From positions 30,653 through 94,652 of the forward strand of contig CAVZVS010000005.1 of NCBI GenBank assembly GCA_963778815.1: a DNA stretch of 64,000 nucleotides, in the 5' to 3' direction. A program made the translations under genes and the position numbers. Below, piece after piece: positions 19,095 to 29,597 of the stretch. The notes under the pieces are model-generated. The model made no database searches. It saw only the letters and a list, made by a program, of their open reading frames with translations, and had not been told where the DNA came from. The DNA is from an uncultured Chloroflexia bacterium (GTDB taxonomy: Bacteria > Chloroflexota > Limnocylindria > Limnocylindrales > CSP1-4). Each line of letters opens with the position of its first letter. The stretch's first letter is position 1.

Positions 19095-21452
19095 CTACTC
19101 GCGCATGAGCATGGCCTGAGCCTCGCGCTCGAGGTCGATGTAGGGCTCGCCGCTGACGTCGACCGCGACCCGCCGGATGGTCCCGCCGGTGAAGCGCCAG
19201 GGCTGCTCGCCGGGATAGTCGCTGGACACCCCGGAACCTCCGTCCCGGCCGATGGTCAGACCTTCGCCGGCGATCATGAACTTGCCCGGCTGGGTCTTGA
19301 TCCGACCTTCGCCGACCTTCACGTCACCATGCCACAGGCTGAGCATCCCGGTCGCGACGTGGGGCGGGTCCTCGCCGTCCTTGTCGAACGAAGCGGCCAG
19401 GATGAGGTTCTTGCCGGTCGGCACGTCGGCGGTCGCGACCACGGTCTGCTGGGCCATGCCCACGAAGTTGTAGACGTAGTGGAGGCGGTCGTCCTTGATG
19501 TACAGCGAGTGACCGCCGAACAACGAGCCGTGGGCGAACAGGACGCCCTGCGCACCGGGGGCCGGGATATCCACCAGCGCGCCGATGCCGTAGGACCGGT
19601 TGCGGACGTTGACCGCCTGCGACTCGGGCACCTCAGCGGTGTCGGGGAAGTAGATGTAGCGGTTCCGGGGCGGTGAAAGGACCGGCCGCGGCGTGATCAT
19701 GATCTCGAGGGCCGAACGATCGTCGAGCGGGAACGCCCCGTTGGCGCCGGCCTCGAGGAACCACAGGTTGACCATCTCGCGGACCTTGTCCGGGTTCTCG
19801 GCCGCCAGGTCGTGCATCTCCGAGCGGTCGACTTCGGTGTGATAGAGCTCCCAGGTGTCGTCGTTGAAGTTGCTCCAGCCGGCGATCGTCGGGTGGGTGG
19901 TGACCGCCTTCCAGCCGTCGTGCCAGATCGCCCGCGAGCCGAGCATCGCGTAGAACTGGGTCGACCGGTTGCTGGGTGCCTTGGCGTCGTCGAACGTGGA
20001 GCGCATGCTCACGCCATCGAAGGCGCTCTGGGTGTGACCCTTGATGGTCTCGGGCGGATCGACCCCGAGGACGTCCAGGACCGTTGGCACCAGGTCGATC
20101 GCATGGTGGTACTGGTCGCGGATCTCGCCCTTGGCCTTGATCCCCGCTGGCCACGAGATGATGCACGGGTCACTCGTGCCGCCGTTGAACTCGTAGCGCT
20201 TCCACATCTTGAACGGTGTGTTGAAGGCCATCGCCCAGCCGTTGGGATAGTGGTTGTAGGTCTTGGTCCCACCGAGCTCGTCAAGGAAGGGCATGTTGGC
20301 TGCGATCGTGTCGGGGATACCGTTGGCGAACTTCATCTCGTTGACCGAGCCGTTCGGGCCGCCCTCACCCGAGGCGCCGTTGTCGGAGACGACGATGACC
20401 AGGGTGTTCTCGCGATAACCGAACTCTTCGAGGAAGTCGAGGAGTCGGCCGATCTGCTCATCGGCATGACCCAGGAACCCGGCGTAGACCTCGGCCATCC
20501 GGGCGAACAGGCGCTTCTCGTTATCGGACAGCGAGTCCCAGGGTCGGGTGTCGTCGAGGGGCGGGAAGGGCCGTCCCTCGGGTCCCGTCCGCGTCTCAGA
20601 CGTTCCGATGGGGTTGACCGGCGGGAGCTCGGTGTCCTTGGGGACCAGGCCGAGCTTCTTCTGGCGGGCCAGGGTCTCCTCGCGCATCGCTTCGTAGCCC
20701 TGGTCGAACTTGCCCTTGAACTTGTCCGCCCACTCCTTCGGAGCATGGTGCGGAGCGTGCGCCGCCCCGGGCGCGTAGTACAGGAAGAAGGGCTTCTCGG
20801 GGGCGATCGACTTGGCGTCCCGGATGAACTCGATGGCCTTGTCGGTCAGATCCACGGTCAGGTGGTAGCCCTCTTCGGGCGACTTGGGCTGGTCGACCAG
20901 GTGGTTGTCGTAGACCAGATCCGGATACCACTGGTTGGTCTCGGCGCCGAGGAAGCCGTACCAGCGCTCGAAGCCGCGACCGGAAGGCCAGTTGCGGCGG
21001 GTGGACGCCAGGTTCATCTCGTCGTCCGGGCAGAGGTGCCACTTGCCGACCATGTAGGTGTTCCAGCCGCGCTCGCCCAGGATCTCGCCCAGGGTGCCAT
21101 TCTCGGGCGGGATGGTCCCGCTCGCGTTGGGGAAGCCGATGGCGGCCTCGGTGATGCAGGCCATGCTGTTGCGGGTGTGGTTGCGGCCGGTCAGCAGGCA
21201 CGATCGGGTCGGCGAGCACAGCGCGGTCGTGTGCCACTGGGTGTAGCGCACCCCATCGGCCGCCAGGCGGTCGATGTTGGGCGTGTCGATCGGGCCGCCA
21301 TAGCTGGACATCGCCGAGAAGCCGACGTCGTCGAGGACGATGTAGACGACGCTGGGGGCGCCCTCCGGAGCCTTCGGTGGTTCGAACGGCGACCAATCCG
21401 GCACGGAGTCCCGGATGTCGACATTGATCGTGCCCTTGAACGTGCTGGCCAT
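19095..21452 (-). CDS. Arylsulfatase (formylglycine-dependent, long AtsA/AtsB type)
   Basis: LDDVGF, ALCSPTRSCLLTGR (CxPxR), GKWH, SDNGASGEGG, H..D..PT. Confidence 0.95.
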   Translation of the reverse strand: MASTFKGTINVDIRDSVPDWSPFEPPKAPEGAPSVVYIVLDDVGFSAMSSYGGPIDTPNIDRLAADGVRYTQWHTTALCSPTRSCLLTGRNHTRNSMACITEAAIGFPNASGTIPPENGTLGEILGERGWNTYMVGKWHLCPDDEMNLASTRRNWPSGRGFERWYGFLGAETNQWYPDLVYDNHLVDQPKSPEEGYHLTVDLTDKAIEFIRDAKSIAPEKPFFLYYAPGAAHAPHHAPKEWADKFKGKFDQGYEAMREETLARQKKLGLVPKDTELPPVNPIGTSETRTGPEGRPFPPLDDTRPWDSLSDNEKRLFARMAEVYAGFLGHADEQIGRLLDFLEEFGYRENTLVIVVSDNGASGEGGPNGSVNEMKFANGIPDTIAANMPFLDELGGTKTYNHYPNGWAMAFNTPFKMWKRYEFNGGTSDPCIISWPAGIKAKGEIRDQYHHAIDLVPTVLDVLGVDPPETIKGHTQSAFDGVSMRSTFDDAKAPSNRSTQFYAMLGSRAIWHDGWKAVTTHPTIAGWSNFNDDTWELYHTEVDRSEMHDLAAENPDKVREMVNLWFLEAGANGAFPLDDRSALEIMITPRPVLSPPRNRYIYFPDTAEVPESQAVNVRNRSYGIGALVDIPAPGAQGVLFAHGSLFGGHSLYIKDDRLHYVYNFVGMAQQTVVATADVPTGKNLILAASFDKDGEDPPHVATGMLSLWHGDVKVGEGRIKTQPGKFMIAGEGLTIGRDGGSGVSSDYPGEQPWRFTGGTIRRVAVDVSGEPYIDLEREAQAMLMRE

Positions 21453-21509
21453 CGCGTCATCCCTTTGTCGTTGCTGGGGGCTGGGGACAACGAAGGTAGC
21501 ACCGGGCGG

Positions 21510-21944
21510 CTAACTCAGTGGGGCGGTCCCGCCGGTCGTGCCGCCGGCCATCCCGGCCGATGTTGCAGCGTCGAGCGCGGCCTCCCGCGCCGCCTCGCGT
21601 TCGGCGGCTCGGCGTCGCCATGGGACGACCCCGTCGAGCTCGATCTCGAGCGAGAAACTCAGGAACGTCCGGACCAGCACGATGACGCCCAGGGCGACCG
21701 CGCTTTGGAGGGTCGAATCGATGGCCACGGTCAGGACGATGTCGGCCACGATCAGGATCTCCAGCCCGAGGAGGATCGTCCGACCGATGTTCTGACGCAT
21801 GTTGGTGTACGCCTGGATCCGATCGAATTGCTGCAGATCGCGGGCGTAGGTCACCAGGGCGATCAGGCTGCCGCTGACGAGGACCGCCACGCCCGCGATC
21901 TCGATCGCCCGGATCACCCACTCGACGACACTCTCGAAGGTCAC
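21510..21944 (-). CDS. DUF1622-type membrane protein
   Basis: R..IGRTILLGLEILIVADIV.TV, LG.IVLVRTFLSFSLE.E. Confidence 0.85.
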   Translation of the reverse strand: MTFESVVEWVIRAIEIAGVAVLVSGSLIALVTYARDLQQFDRIQAYTNMRQNIGRTILLGLEILIVADIVLTVAIDSTLQSAVALGVIVLVRTFLSFSLEIELDGVVPWRRRAAEREAAREAALDAATSAGMAGGTTGGTAPLS

Positions 21945-22038
21945 GCGCAGCTCCCTGATAGGCGGCTCGGACGGGAAGTGTACAGAGTGAGTGCGGTACG
22001 CTCCGGCGGTCCTTTCGGCTAGGAGGTGACTGGCTCAG

Positions 22039-22952
22039 ATGACGACGGATGCGACATCGCTCGACGCCGCTGCGGCCGGGGCGGATGCGGCCGGGGCGGA
22101 CGCGCCCGATGACGACGCTCGGCCGGAAGAGCTCCAGGCGCCGGCGTACGAGATCTTCATCGGGTTGCTGGCGGTCATCTCGCTGATCAACCTGGCCCTG
22201 GTGGTCATCCCGGGCGTCCCACCGGACTACAAGGCGATCGCCCAGATCGTCGACATCCCGATCACCTTCATCTTCCTGGCCGACTTCTCCAATCGGCTGC
22301 GCCAGTCGCATCCCCGCCGCAAGTACTTCATCGACCAGCGGGGCTGGCTGGACCTGCTGGGTAGCCTGCCCTCGTTCTTCAAGCTCTTGCGCATCTTCCG
22401 ATTGGTCCGGGTCATCCGGCTGATGCGCGAATACGGCCTCAAGAACATCCTCAAGTCGTTCCTCAAGAACCGGGCCGACAATGCCCTGCTGGTGGTCGGG
22501 CTGTTCGTGCTCCTGGTCCTCGAGTTCGGGAGCATGCTCGTCGTCACCTTCGAGGCGCCTGCGCCGGGTGCCAACATCACGACCGGTGGCGACGCTCTCT
22601 GGTGGGCCTTCGTGAGCATCACCACGGTGGGCTACGGCGACAAGTACCCGATCACGACGGGCGGTCGGACGTCGGCCGTGTTCGTCCTGGCGGCCGGCGT
22701 GGGCTTGTTCGGGGTGCTGTCGGGCTACCTGGCCAATTTCTTCCTGACGCCGTCAAAACCGGCCAAGGAGGACGATGACGCTTCAGCGAGCGACGAGTCA
22801 GCCCCGACGCGCGCGGTCGCCAGCGCCGAAGCTCCCGGGCGGGAGGTACGGCGGGCGAGGTCCTGGCCGCGATCGACGACCTCGAGGCACGGCTCGCCGC
22901 GCTGCGCGCCAAGGTTGCCGGGTCGGTCGGGCCGCCGGCGCAGCCGAGCTAG
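22039..22952 (+). CDS. 6-TM voltage-gated-type K+ channel; apparent single-base frameshift in the C-terminal tail (unshifted frame ends 22968)
   Basis: S4-like LLRIFRLVRVIRLMR, DALWWAFVSITTVGYGD selectivity filter; coiled-coil tail EVLAAIDDLEARLAALRAK lies in the -1 frame ending TAG 22950-22952. Confidence 0.85.
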
Positions 22953-24448
22953 CCCGCGACGGCCTTGACCCGGCCGTCGGCGATGGCCGCCTTGAACTCG
23001 GCGTGATCACGGGCGTTCTGGTCGGCGTAGGTCTCGGCGAAGTCGGCGATGGCGCCGTCGAACTTGTCGCTGGTCCCGAGGTAGGCCGCGATGGCGACCG
23101 CGTCGCCGCTCCGGGCGTGGGCCCGGGCGATCGTTCGCGCACACAGACTGCCGTAGAAGGCCAGGCCGGCGGGACGGAGGGTGGTGATGTCGACCGAGCC
23201 TTTCATGTCCCACAGCTGGCGGAAGTAGAAGTCGCGGCCTTCGGCGCCACGGGTCCAACCCAAGAAGATGTCCGGCGTGGTCTGCATCAGGCGCTGCCCG
23301 ACGACGACCCGTTCGCCGTGGTTGGCATGCTCGCTCGCGTTGGTATACGGCTCGAGTACCGAGGCGGTCGCCTCCTTGACCTGGAGGATCATCGGATCCT
23401 CCTGGTCGCGCCCCTCGAGCAGGACGATGAAGCAGCGCGTCCCCACACTGCCGACGCCGACCACCTTCAGGGCGAAGTCGACGAAGCGGTAGCGCTCGAT
23501 GAGCTCGCGCCGGTTCTGGGCAAGGGTGGCCCGATAGGCGGCGAAGACCTTCTCGAGGGCTTCGGCACCGCCCGAGATCTCGACGTGCGACACGACTGGT
23601 GGGTCATCGACGATCCGCCATTGGCCGTCGATGACCGTCGTCATGGAGACGGTGGCCCGCAGGCGGTCCTTCTTGCGAGCCTTCTCGAACAGGGCGTCGA
23701 GCCGGGCTCGGCCGGCGATCCTCTCACCCGAGGCCTGGCTCGCCTCGTCGAGGGCTGTCTCGATGTCAGTTGAGGTCATCTTCTCGTACCAGATGTCGAG
23801 CAGACGCATCCCGGCGAGGCGGGTCATCGCTTCCCGGTACGCCGCGACCGCACGCAGGGTCGATGACCGTCCCTCGGCCGGGCTGAAGCCGTTCTCCCGG
23901 GACGCGATCACGATGCTGGCCGCCATCCGCTTGACGTCCCATTCCCACGGCGCCGGCAAGGTCTCGTCGAAGTCGTTGGTGTCGAACACGAGCGAACGCT
24001 CGGGCGACGCGAACAGGCCGAAGTTGGAGATGTGGGCGTCCCCGCAGGCCTGGACGATGAGGTCGCTGCGCGGGGTGCTGGACAGGTCGAAGGCCATCAC
24101 GGCCGGCGCCCCGCGGTAGAAGGCGAAGGCCGAGGCGGCCATCCGTCCGTGACGGAGCGGGACCAGGTCCTGGAGTCGATCGCTCTCCTGCTCGGTGAGG
24201 ATGGCGATCGGGTCGCGGTCCGGGGCGAGCTCGAGAGCGCCCTGACTCGTCCGCGGCGCTCGTTCGCGAGCGGCACTGCCGACGGCCGCGCGCTCCTCGC
24301 TCGAGACCCACGGTCGAGGGACCCAGCGATCGACATTCGGTTCCTCGGGTGTCCAGGCGGTTTCCAGATCCGAACGCCGGTTCGTCCGCCGGTTCGCCTG
24401 CCGACGATCCGCCGGGTCGGCTTCTGGGGTGGGTTCTTCGGTTGCCAT
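22949..24448 (-). CDS. DUF2252 family protein
   Basis: [54 protein letters not shown]. Confidence 0.9.
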   Translation of the reverse strand: MATEEPTPEADPADRRQANRRTNRRSDLETAWTPEEPNVDRWVPRPWVSSEERAAVGSAARERAPRTSQGALELAPDRDPIAILTEQESDRLQDLVPLRHGRMAASAFAFYRGAPAVMAFDLSSTPRSDLIVQACGDAHISNFGLFASPERSLVFDTNDFDETLPAPWEWDVKRMAASIVIASRENGFSPAEGRSSTLRAVAAYREAMTRLAGMRLLDIWYEKMTSTDIETALDEASQASGERIAGRARLDALFEKARKKDRLRATVSMTTVIDGQWRIVDDPPVVSHVEISGGAEALEKVFAAYRATLAQNRRELIERYRFVDFALKVVGVGSVGTRCFIVLLEGRDQEDPMILQVKEATASVLEPYTNASEHANHGERVVVGQRLMQTTPDIFLGWTRGAEGRDFYFRQLWDMKGSVDITTLRPAGLAFYGSLCARTIARAHARSGDAVAIAAYLGTSDKFDGAIADFAETYADQNARDHAEFKAAIADGRVKAVAG

Positions 24449-24561
24449 CTCGACCTCGGTCCGTTCGTCCGGGAGCTGGTCAGCGTCCACGCTTGGTGAC
24501 TGTAGCAGCCTGCCATGGTGCCGTACCATCGGCTGAGGTGCGGCAGGTATCATCGAAGGTG

Positions 24562-25821
24562 ATGACGGAGCGCACCGCCCCCGACGCCGGCGCGATCGCC
24601 TGTCCGTTCGTCGCGTTCGTCGATGACCGCGACGAACGCGCCGACCTGCCCGACCACCGGCACCGTTGCTACGCCGAGATCCGCCCGGCCCAACGAGCGC
24701 TCGCTCACCAGCAGGCCTTCTGTCTGTCCGCCGGCTTCTCGGGCTGCCCCACGTTCCAGGACTGGGCCAAGCGCGAATCGGCCAAGGCCAGGGCGGCGTC
24801 CGCTGCCCAGCGCCCGTCCGACCCCGACCTGCCGCTGGCCGGAGCCGCGGTGGTCGCGGCAGCGGCCGATGGTCCACCTCCCCCCGACGACATCGACGAA
24901 GCGCCGGTCGAAGACGATCCGTTCGACGATCGGGCGACCCGGAACCCCCACCGGGACTGGGCGGCGCCGCCACCCTGGGTGGATCCGGCCGGTCCGGACC
25001 CGGATCAGCCGACCGATGCCCCCGCCTTCCTGTCCGACCGGTCGTCCAGCAGCGAACCCGACCCGGCCGTGAGTGCGGCGGGACTCTCCGCCTCGCGTTG
25101 GATCCAGGACGTCCCGCCGCCGCGCTCCGACGATGCCAGCTCGGCGAGTCGACCCGCCGCCGACGATGAACTAGAGCGATCGCTGGCCGAGGATCGCGCC
25201 CAGCGCGAGCGAGCCGCAGCCATCGGAACGGCCGCGGTCGTGGGCGCCACAGCGTCGGGCAGCCGGGCGGCGCGACGGAACGCGGCGGCGGTCAGCCCAC
25301 CAAAGAAGGTGTCGCAGGCCCGCCCGCGACCGGCCCAGCACGACTCCACGGGCCCGGCCTGGGAGCGTCCCCGCCGGAACGAGGCCTACCCGACGATCAA
25401 GACCCGGATCGGCCTGCCGTCGATCCCCCGGGTCGTCCTGGCCGGCGCAGCCCTCGTCGTCGCTTCGGTGATCCTGCTGGCCGCGCCGTCGGTCCTCCAT
25501 CTCGGCGGCGACAACGGGGCTGGTGTGCCCGGGTCATCGGCATCGCCGGGCGCGTCGGGCGCGGTCGCCAGCTCGTCGCTCGCGCCGACCGCGAAGCCAG
25601 CCCCGACTCCCCAGATCTACATCGTCAAGTCGGGCGATACCCTGCTCAAGATCGCCAAGAAGTTCGGGATCACCGTCGACCAGTTGATCGCCGCCAACAA
25701 GCAGATCAAGAACCCGAACAGGATCGGGGTGGGGGCGGAGTTGAAGATCCCCGTGCCGGTCGCCAGCGGCGTGATCCAGGACTCGTCGGCCGCGCCCGGC
25801 TCGAGCGCCCCGGCCCCGTAA
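24562..25821 (+). CDS. Membrane-anchored LysM protein with N-terminal Cys/His-rich domain
   Basis: N-terminal CPF...HRHRCY...[13 protein letters not shown]; low-complexity linker; one TM; C-terminal [16 protein letters not shown] LysM. Confidence 0.85.
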   Translation: MTERTAPDAGAIACPFVAFVDDRDERADLPDHRHRCYAEIRPAQRALAHQQAFCLSAGFSGCPTFQDWAKRESAKARAASAAQRPSDPDLPLAGAAVVAAAADGPPPPDDIDEAPVEDDPFDDRATRNPHRDWAAPPPWVDPAGPDPDQPTDAPAFLSDRSSSSEPDPAVSAAGLSASRWIQDVPPPRSDDASSASRPAADDELERSLAEDRAQRERAAAIGTAAVVGATASGSRAARRNAAAVSPPKKVSQARPRPAQHDSTGPAWERPRRNEAYPTIKTRIGLPSIPRVVLAGAALVVASVILLAAPSVLHLGGDNGAGVPGSSASPGASGAVASSSLAPTAKPAPTPQIYIVKSGDTLLKIAKKFGITVDQLIAANKQIKNPNRIGVGAELKIPVPVASGVIQDSSAAPGSSAPAP

Positions 25822-25848
25822 CGGCAGGCCAGCTGCGCGCGCCGCCCC

Positions 25849-26178
25849 CTAGCGCGGGGCCAGGTTGATCGAGGTGATCTTGCCGGCCTCGACCCGGAAG
25901 GTCGCGTCGAGGTGCTGCGAAGGGGCGCCGGGGCGGACGACCAGGATGTCCGCCTCGTAGGTGTTGCCCATGTCCCGAGCGTCACCCGGGATCATCTTGA
26001 GGCCGCGGTCGCTGCGCAGGAACCAGCCCCCGACCCGGTCGACGCCGCGCAGGGTCTGGACCGAGTCCCCGACGTGGATGCGCATCTCCGTCTTCTCGTC
26101 CATGAGCGCGACGGCACCCTCGCGGTCACCCGCGTTGAGCTTCTCGAAGAAGTCGTCCATCGTGTCAACGGCACCCAT
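25849..26178 (-). CDS. SnoaL/NTF2-like small protein
   Basis: FFEKLNAGD.EGAVALM N-terminus and F.V..GKI C-terminus; alternative start 26160. Confidence 0.65.
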   Translation of the reverse strand: MGAVDTMDDFFEKLNAGDREGAVALMDEKTEMRIHVGDSVQTLRGVDRVGGWFLRSDRGLKMIPGDARDMGNTYEADILVVRPGAPSQHLDATFRVEAGKITSINLAPR

Positions 26179-26202
26179 CGCCGGGCAGTGTACGCGAGCC
26201 GC

Positions 26203-27903
26203 CTAGAAGCCGCCGCCCGCCCCACCACCGCCGCCGCCCCCGCCGCCACCGCCGAATCCGCCGCCACCCGAACCGCCCGACGAGGACGGCGAGTTGCCGA
26301 CGGCCCCCAGTGCTCCGAACATGCCACCGAAGTCGGGCACGGCCGACGACGAGAAGACCGACCCGCCCCCTCCGCCCATACCGCCGCCGCCGACGAACGA
26401 CTGGGACGATCCGTACCAGGCCGGGAACCAGGGTGTGGAGGTGCCGCCGCGCAGATCGGCGGCGCTCCGCTTGAGGACCTCCTCGGCATCGTCCTGCAGG
26501 CCAAGGGCGACCGCCCAGACCATCGCCTGGTCCGGTGTCTCGATCCAGGCCAGCTTGGCCTCCTCGACGACCTGGGTCATCGAACGGGCCTGATCCATCG
26601 TCTTCTGGAGGGTCCGGCGGTAGGCGGCCAACATCGCCCGGATTGTCGCTCCGGCCATCGTCCGGGCCGGCATCGCCCGCGACAGGATGGTCGTGACGAT
26701 GCCCGCCGCGAGCAGCCCGCCGCCGAGGACCACCAGTCCCGAGAACGGGATGCTGATGCCGGTGAACAGGGCGATCGCCCCGCCGACGATCTCGAGGACT
26801 CCGCGCCCGGCCCAGCGGGTGGCGACCTTGCCGGGAGCCTCGCCGAACCAGCCGTGGTCGACCGCGTAGGCCTCCAGCTTCTTGTCGAAGGTATCGACCT
26901 TGGAGCCGAACTTGAGCAGATCGGCGTCCTCGAGCGGCTCGCCGTCGGGCGACAGATCGCGCAGCTCGGTAAGGGCGTAGGTCTCGGCCTCGCTCAGCGG
27001 TCGGCGGGCGTTCAGCCGTCGCTGGGCCGCTTCCTGGTCGTTGGCCGGTGCCGTGCCCTGGGTCCGGAGGGCGACCTTGTGCGAGAGCAGGCCGTCCTTC
27101 TGTTCGAACGCCAATTCGCCCCGGCTGGCCAGGTCGAGCAGGGCTGTGGTCAGCGCCCGGCGGGAGGTCTGCCCGTCGTAGATGAGCGCGCCGCTGGCCG
27201 CCGTCAGGTCGGCCGGCGGGGCCGGCATGAGCACGGACGGGTCATCGATGTAGACCGGGTCGCGACCGAAGCGCAGCCAGTGGAAGACCGCCCAGCCGAC
27301 CAGCAGGAAGAACAGCCCGGGCCCGACGAGGAGCCCGAAAATGGCATTGACGATGCGGCCGCGCGAGAGGGTCTCAGCGTGGTCGGCCGTGGCGGCTGCG
27401 TCGACCTTGGCCATCGCAGCCAGGACGGCGCCGCTGAGATCGCCACCGCGCAGGAGCGGCAGCATGTCGTTCTCGTAGATCGCCTGGCGCTCCTGGTTGG
27501 ACAGGAAGCTCGTCTCGAAGCCGGGACCCGCGAACAGCTGGACCTGGCCGTGGCGGAGGCTGTCGTCCAGGTCGAGCAGGATGACCAGGCCGTCGTCGAA
27601 GCCCTTCCGGCCGATGCCCCACTGGTCCATCAGCGCCCGCGCATCTGCCGCCGCCAGCTCGGGCGTGTCGCTGTCCGGCTTGAGCTGGGTGTAGACGACC
27701 ACCTGGGCACCGGTTCGGGCCTCGATCTGGTCCGAGATCTGCTGGGCCTGGGCGATCGCCGCCGGCGAGAGGACCCCGGCCGTGTCGTAGACGCGCTGTC
27801 CGAGGGTCGGTTCTGGGAACGGCGGGCCAGCCGTCAGGGCCGGCCCGGCGACCGCGAGCAGGGCGAGCACGGCGAGTGCCAGCGCGGATACTCGACGGCT
27901 CAT
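26203..27903 (-). CDS. TPM-domain + DUF2207-like membrane protein
   Basis: Signal peptide; VYD.AGVLS, GAQVVVYT, WGIG.KG.DDG (TPM); ALLDLA.RG.L region; Gly-rich C-terminus. Confidence 0.8.
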   Translation of the reverse strand: MSRRVSALALAVLALLAVAGPALTAGPPFPEPTLGQRVYDTAGVLSPAAIAQAQQISDQIEARTGAQVVVYTQLKPDSDTPELAAADARALMDQWGIGRKGFDDGLVILLDLDDSLRHGQVQLFAGPGFETSFLSNQERQAIYENDMLPLLRGGDLSGAVLAAMAKVDAAATADHAETLSRGRIVNAIFGLLVGPGLFFLLVGWAVFHWLRFGRDPVYIDDPSVLMPAPPADLTAASGALIYDGQTSRRALTTALLDLASRGELAFEQKDGLLSHKVALRTQGTAPANDQEAAQRRLNARRPLSEAETYALTELRDLSPDGEPLEDADLLKFGSKVDTFDKKLEAYAVDHGWFGEAPGKVATRWAGRGVLEIVGGAIALFTGISIPFSGLVVLGGGLLAAGIVTTILSRAMPARTMAGATIRAMLAAYRRTLQKTMDQARSMTQVVEEAKLAWIETPDQAMVWAVALGLQDDAEEVLKRSAADLRGGTSTPWFPAWYGSSQSFVGGGGMGGGGGSVFSSSAVPDFGGMFGALGAVGNSPSSSGGSGGGGFGGGGGGGGGGGAGGGF

Positions 27904-28199
27904 CCGAGGATCGCCTTGGCGACCAGGTTGGCGCCGATGACCGCGACGACCACGACCATCCCGATCCGGCGGCCGAGCTGACCGCGCTCGGTGACCTCAT
28001 CGCCCAGCCAGATGGCCAGGATGGCCAGGATGAGCGCCGCCGTCTCGGCGATGGCCGGGACGCGATCCAGATCGCCCATCTCACGACCCTGGGCGGCGAA
28101 CGGGACCCAGGCGAACGAACCGATCGCCAGCGGGATCGAAGCGACCCCAAGGACGACCGAGCGGAGCGGCCCAGCCGGGCGGATCTCGGCATCGGTCAT
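27900..28199 (-). CDS. Small 3-TM hypothetical protein
   Basis: Three hydrophobic segments; ATGA overlap with downstream gene. Confidence 0.6.
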   Translation of the reverse strand: MTDAEIRPAGPLRSVVLGVASIPLAIGSFAWVPFAAQGREMGDLDRVPAIAETAALILAILAIWLGDEVTERGQLGRRIGMVVVVAVIGANLVAKAILG

Positions 28200-28243
28200 G
28201 GTCGCATCCGGGCCATTGTATGGGCCGCTCATCCCCTGGACGC

Positions 28244-29575
28244 TCAGCCCAGGCCCGTCGCTGAGCCGCGTCGACGGGCAAGGGTCAGCTGACCACCCGG
28301 CTCGACGATGACCTGGGGCGGTCGGGGTCGTCCGTTGTAGGTCGAGGAGAAGGCCGCGGCGTAGGCGCCGGCGTCGCGGATGGCGACGAGGTCGCCGCGC
28401 CGGAGGGCCGGGAGGGGATGGCTCCCGAGGGCGTCGGTCGACTCACAGATCGGTCCGTGGACGTGGACGGGTCCATCGTCGGCGGAAGCCCCGGCGGTTC
28501 GGGCGGCGGCATGGTCGACCGGCCGACCCAGCGAGGTCAGGGCGACCACCGGATGACGGCCGTCATAGAGGGCCGGGCGGATGAGCTCGGTCATGCCCGT
28601 ATCGATCACGATCATCCGGCCGTCCCGCTCGCGGACATGGAGGACGGAGCCGACCAGCCAGCCCGCCCGGGCCACGGCGAAGCGCCCGGGTTCGATCGCC
28701 AGCCGGGTCGGTCGACGGTCCGCGGGGACCGCCCGGAGCAGGGCCGGCACCTCGCGGGCGAAGCGTTCGGGACGGGGTCCGGGGTCGCCCAGCGGAGGGA
28801 CCGGGAAGCCGCCACCCAGGTCGAGCGTGTCGAAGTCAGGTAGCCCGCCGCGAAGGAGGGCCACCAGGGCGATGCCCCGGCGCACGGCGTCGCGCCAGGC
28901 GTCGATCGCACCGAGCTGCGAGCCGACATGGAGGTGGATGCCGCGCCAGCGGAGCGGACCGGCGGGGCCACCGCCCGCCTCGATCGCGGCGGCCAGCTCG
29001 TCGTCCGCCAGGCCGAACTTGCTCGAGCCCGTGCCGACCGCCAAGCCGCGGTGGGTCTCGGGCTCGACCGCCGGGTTGAACCGAAGCAGGACATCGAGCC
29101 GATCCAGACCGGCCCGCCGGGCCAGTCGGGCCAGGACGGCCGCCTCGTCGGCCGATTCGATCGCGATCCAACGGAGGGGAGTCCCGGTGGCAGCCGCCCG
29201 GACGGCGGCGCGCAGGTCACCATCTGTCTTGCCGATGCCCTCGAGGGTGATCCGCTCGTTGGCGATGCCGGCCCGCCGGGCGACCGCCCACTCGCCGCGC
29301 GACACCACGTTCGCGCCGAGCCCAGCCGCCCCAAGCCGGGCGACCACGGCCGCCACGTCGTTGGCCTTGACCGAGTACTGGCGGATCCACGGGTCGGGGA
29401 ATGCGCCACGGAGCTCGTCGGCAGCTGCCGCGATCCCGACCGTATCCGTGACGTACAGCGGTGTCCCGAACCGCCGGGCTGCCGTCCGGAGCGAGGCGGC
29501 CAGCTCGGGCAGTCGGTCGGCCTCGACGGGACCTGTGCGGCCGTCAGGGCCGCTCCGGCCGCCGCGATCCGTCAT
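28244..29575 (-). CDS. lysA: Diaminopimelate decarboxylase (fold III PLP)
   Basis: GTPLYV, YSVKAN, S.GE, SKFG, HLHVGSQ, DLGGG, EPGR, GPICESTD, GAY..S.YN.RPRP. Confidence 0.85.
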   Translation of the reverse strand: MTDRGGRSGPDGRTGPVEADRLPELAASLRTAARRFGTPLYVTDTVGIAAAADELRGAFPDPWIRQYSVKANDVAAVVARLGAAGLGANVVSRGEWAVARRAGIANERITLEGIGKTDGDLRAAVRAAATGTPLRWIAIESADEAAVLARLARRAGLDRLDVLLRFNPAVEPETHRGLAVGTGSSKFGLADDELAAAIEAGGGPAGPLRWRGIHLHVGSQLGAIDAWRDAVRRGIALVALLRGGLPDFDTLDLGGGFPVPPLGDPGPRPERFAREVPALLRAVPADRRPTRLAIEPGRFAVARAGWLVGSVLHVRERDGRMIVIDTGMTELIRPALYDGRHPVVALTSLGRPVDHAAARTAGASADDGPVHVHGPICESTDALGSHPLPALRRGDLVAIRDAGAYAAAFSSTYNGRPRPPQVIVEPGGQLTLARRRGSATGLG

Positions 29576-29597
29576 CGGCTGGCGCGTCGGCGGCGGA

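Noticed and set aside
22831-22842. CCCGGG as programmed -1 frameshift site in the K+ channel
   Set aside because: Not in the X XXY YYZ register for the reading frame; a simple indel is more parsimonious
24548-24564. TATCATCGAAGGTGATG as another copy of the 17-bp motif
   Set aside because: Better explained as -10 TATCAT plus GTG-ATG of the LysM gene; isolated, not in a triplet
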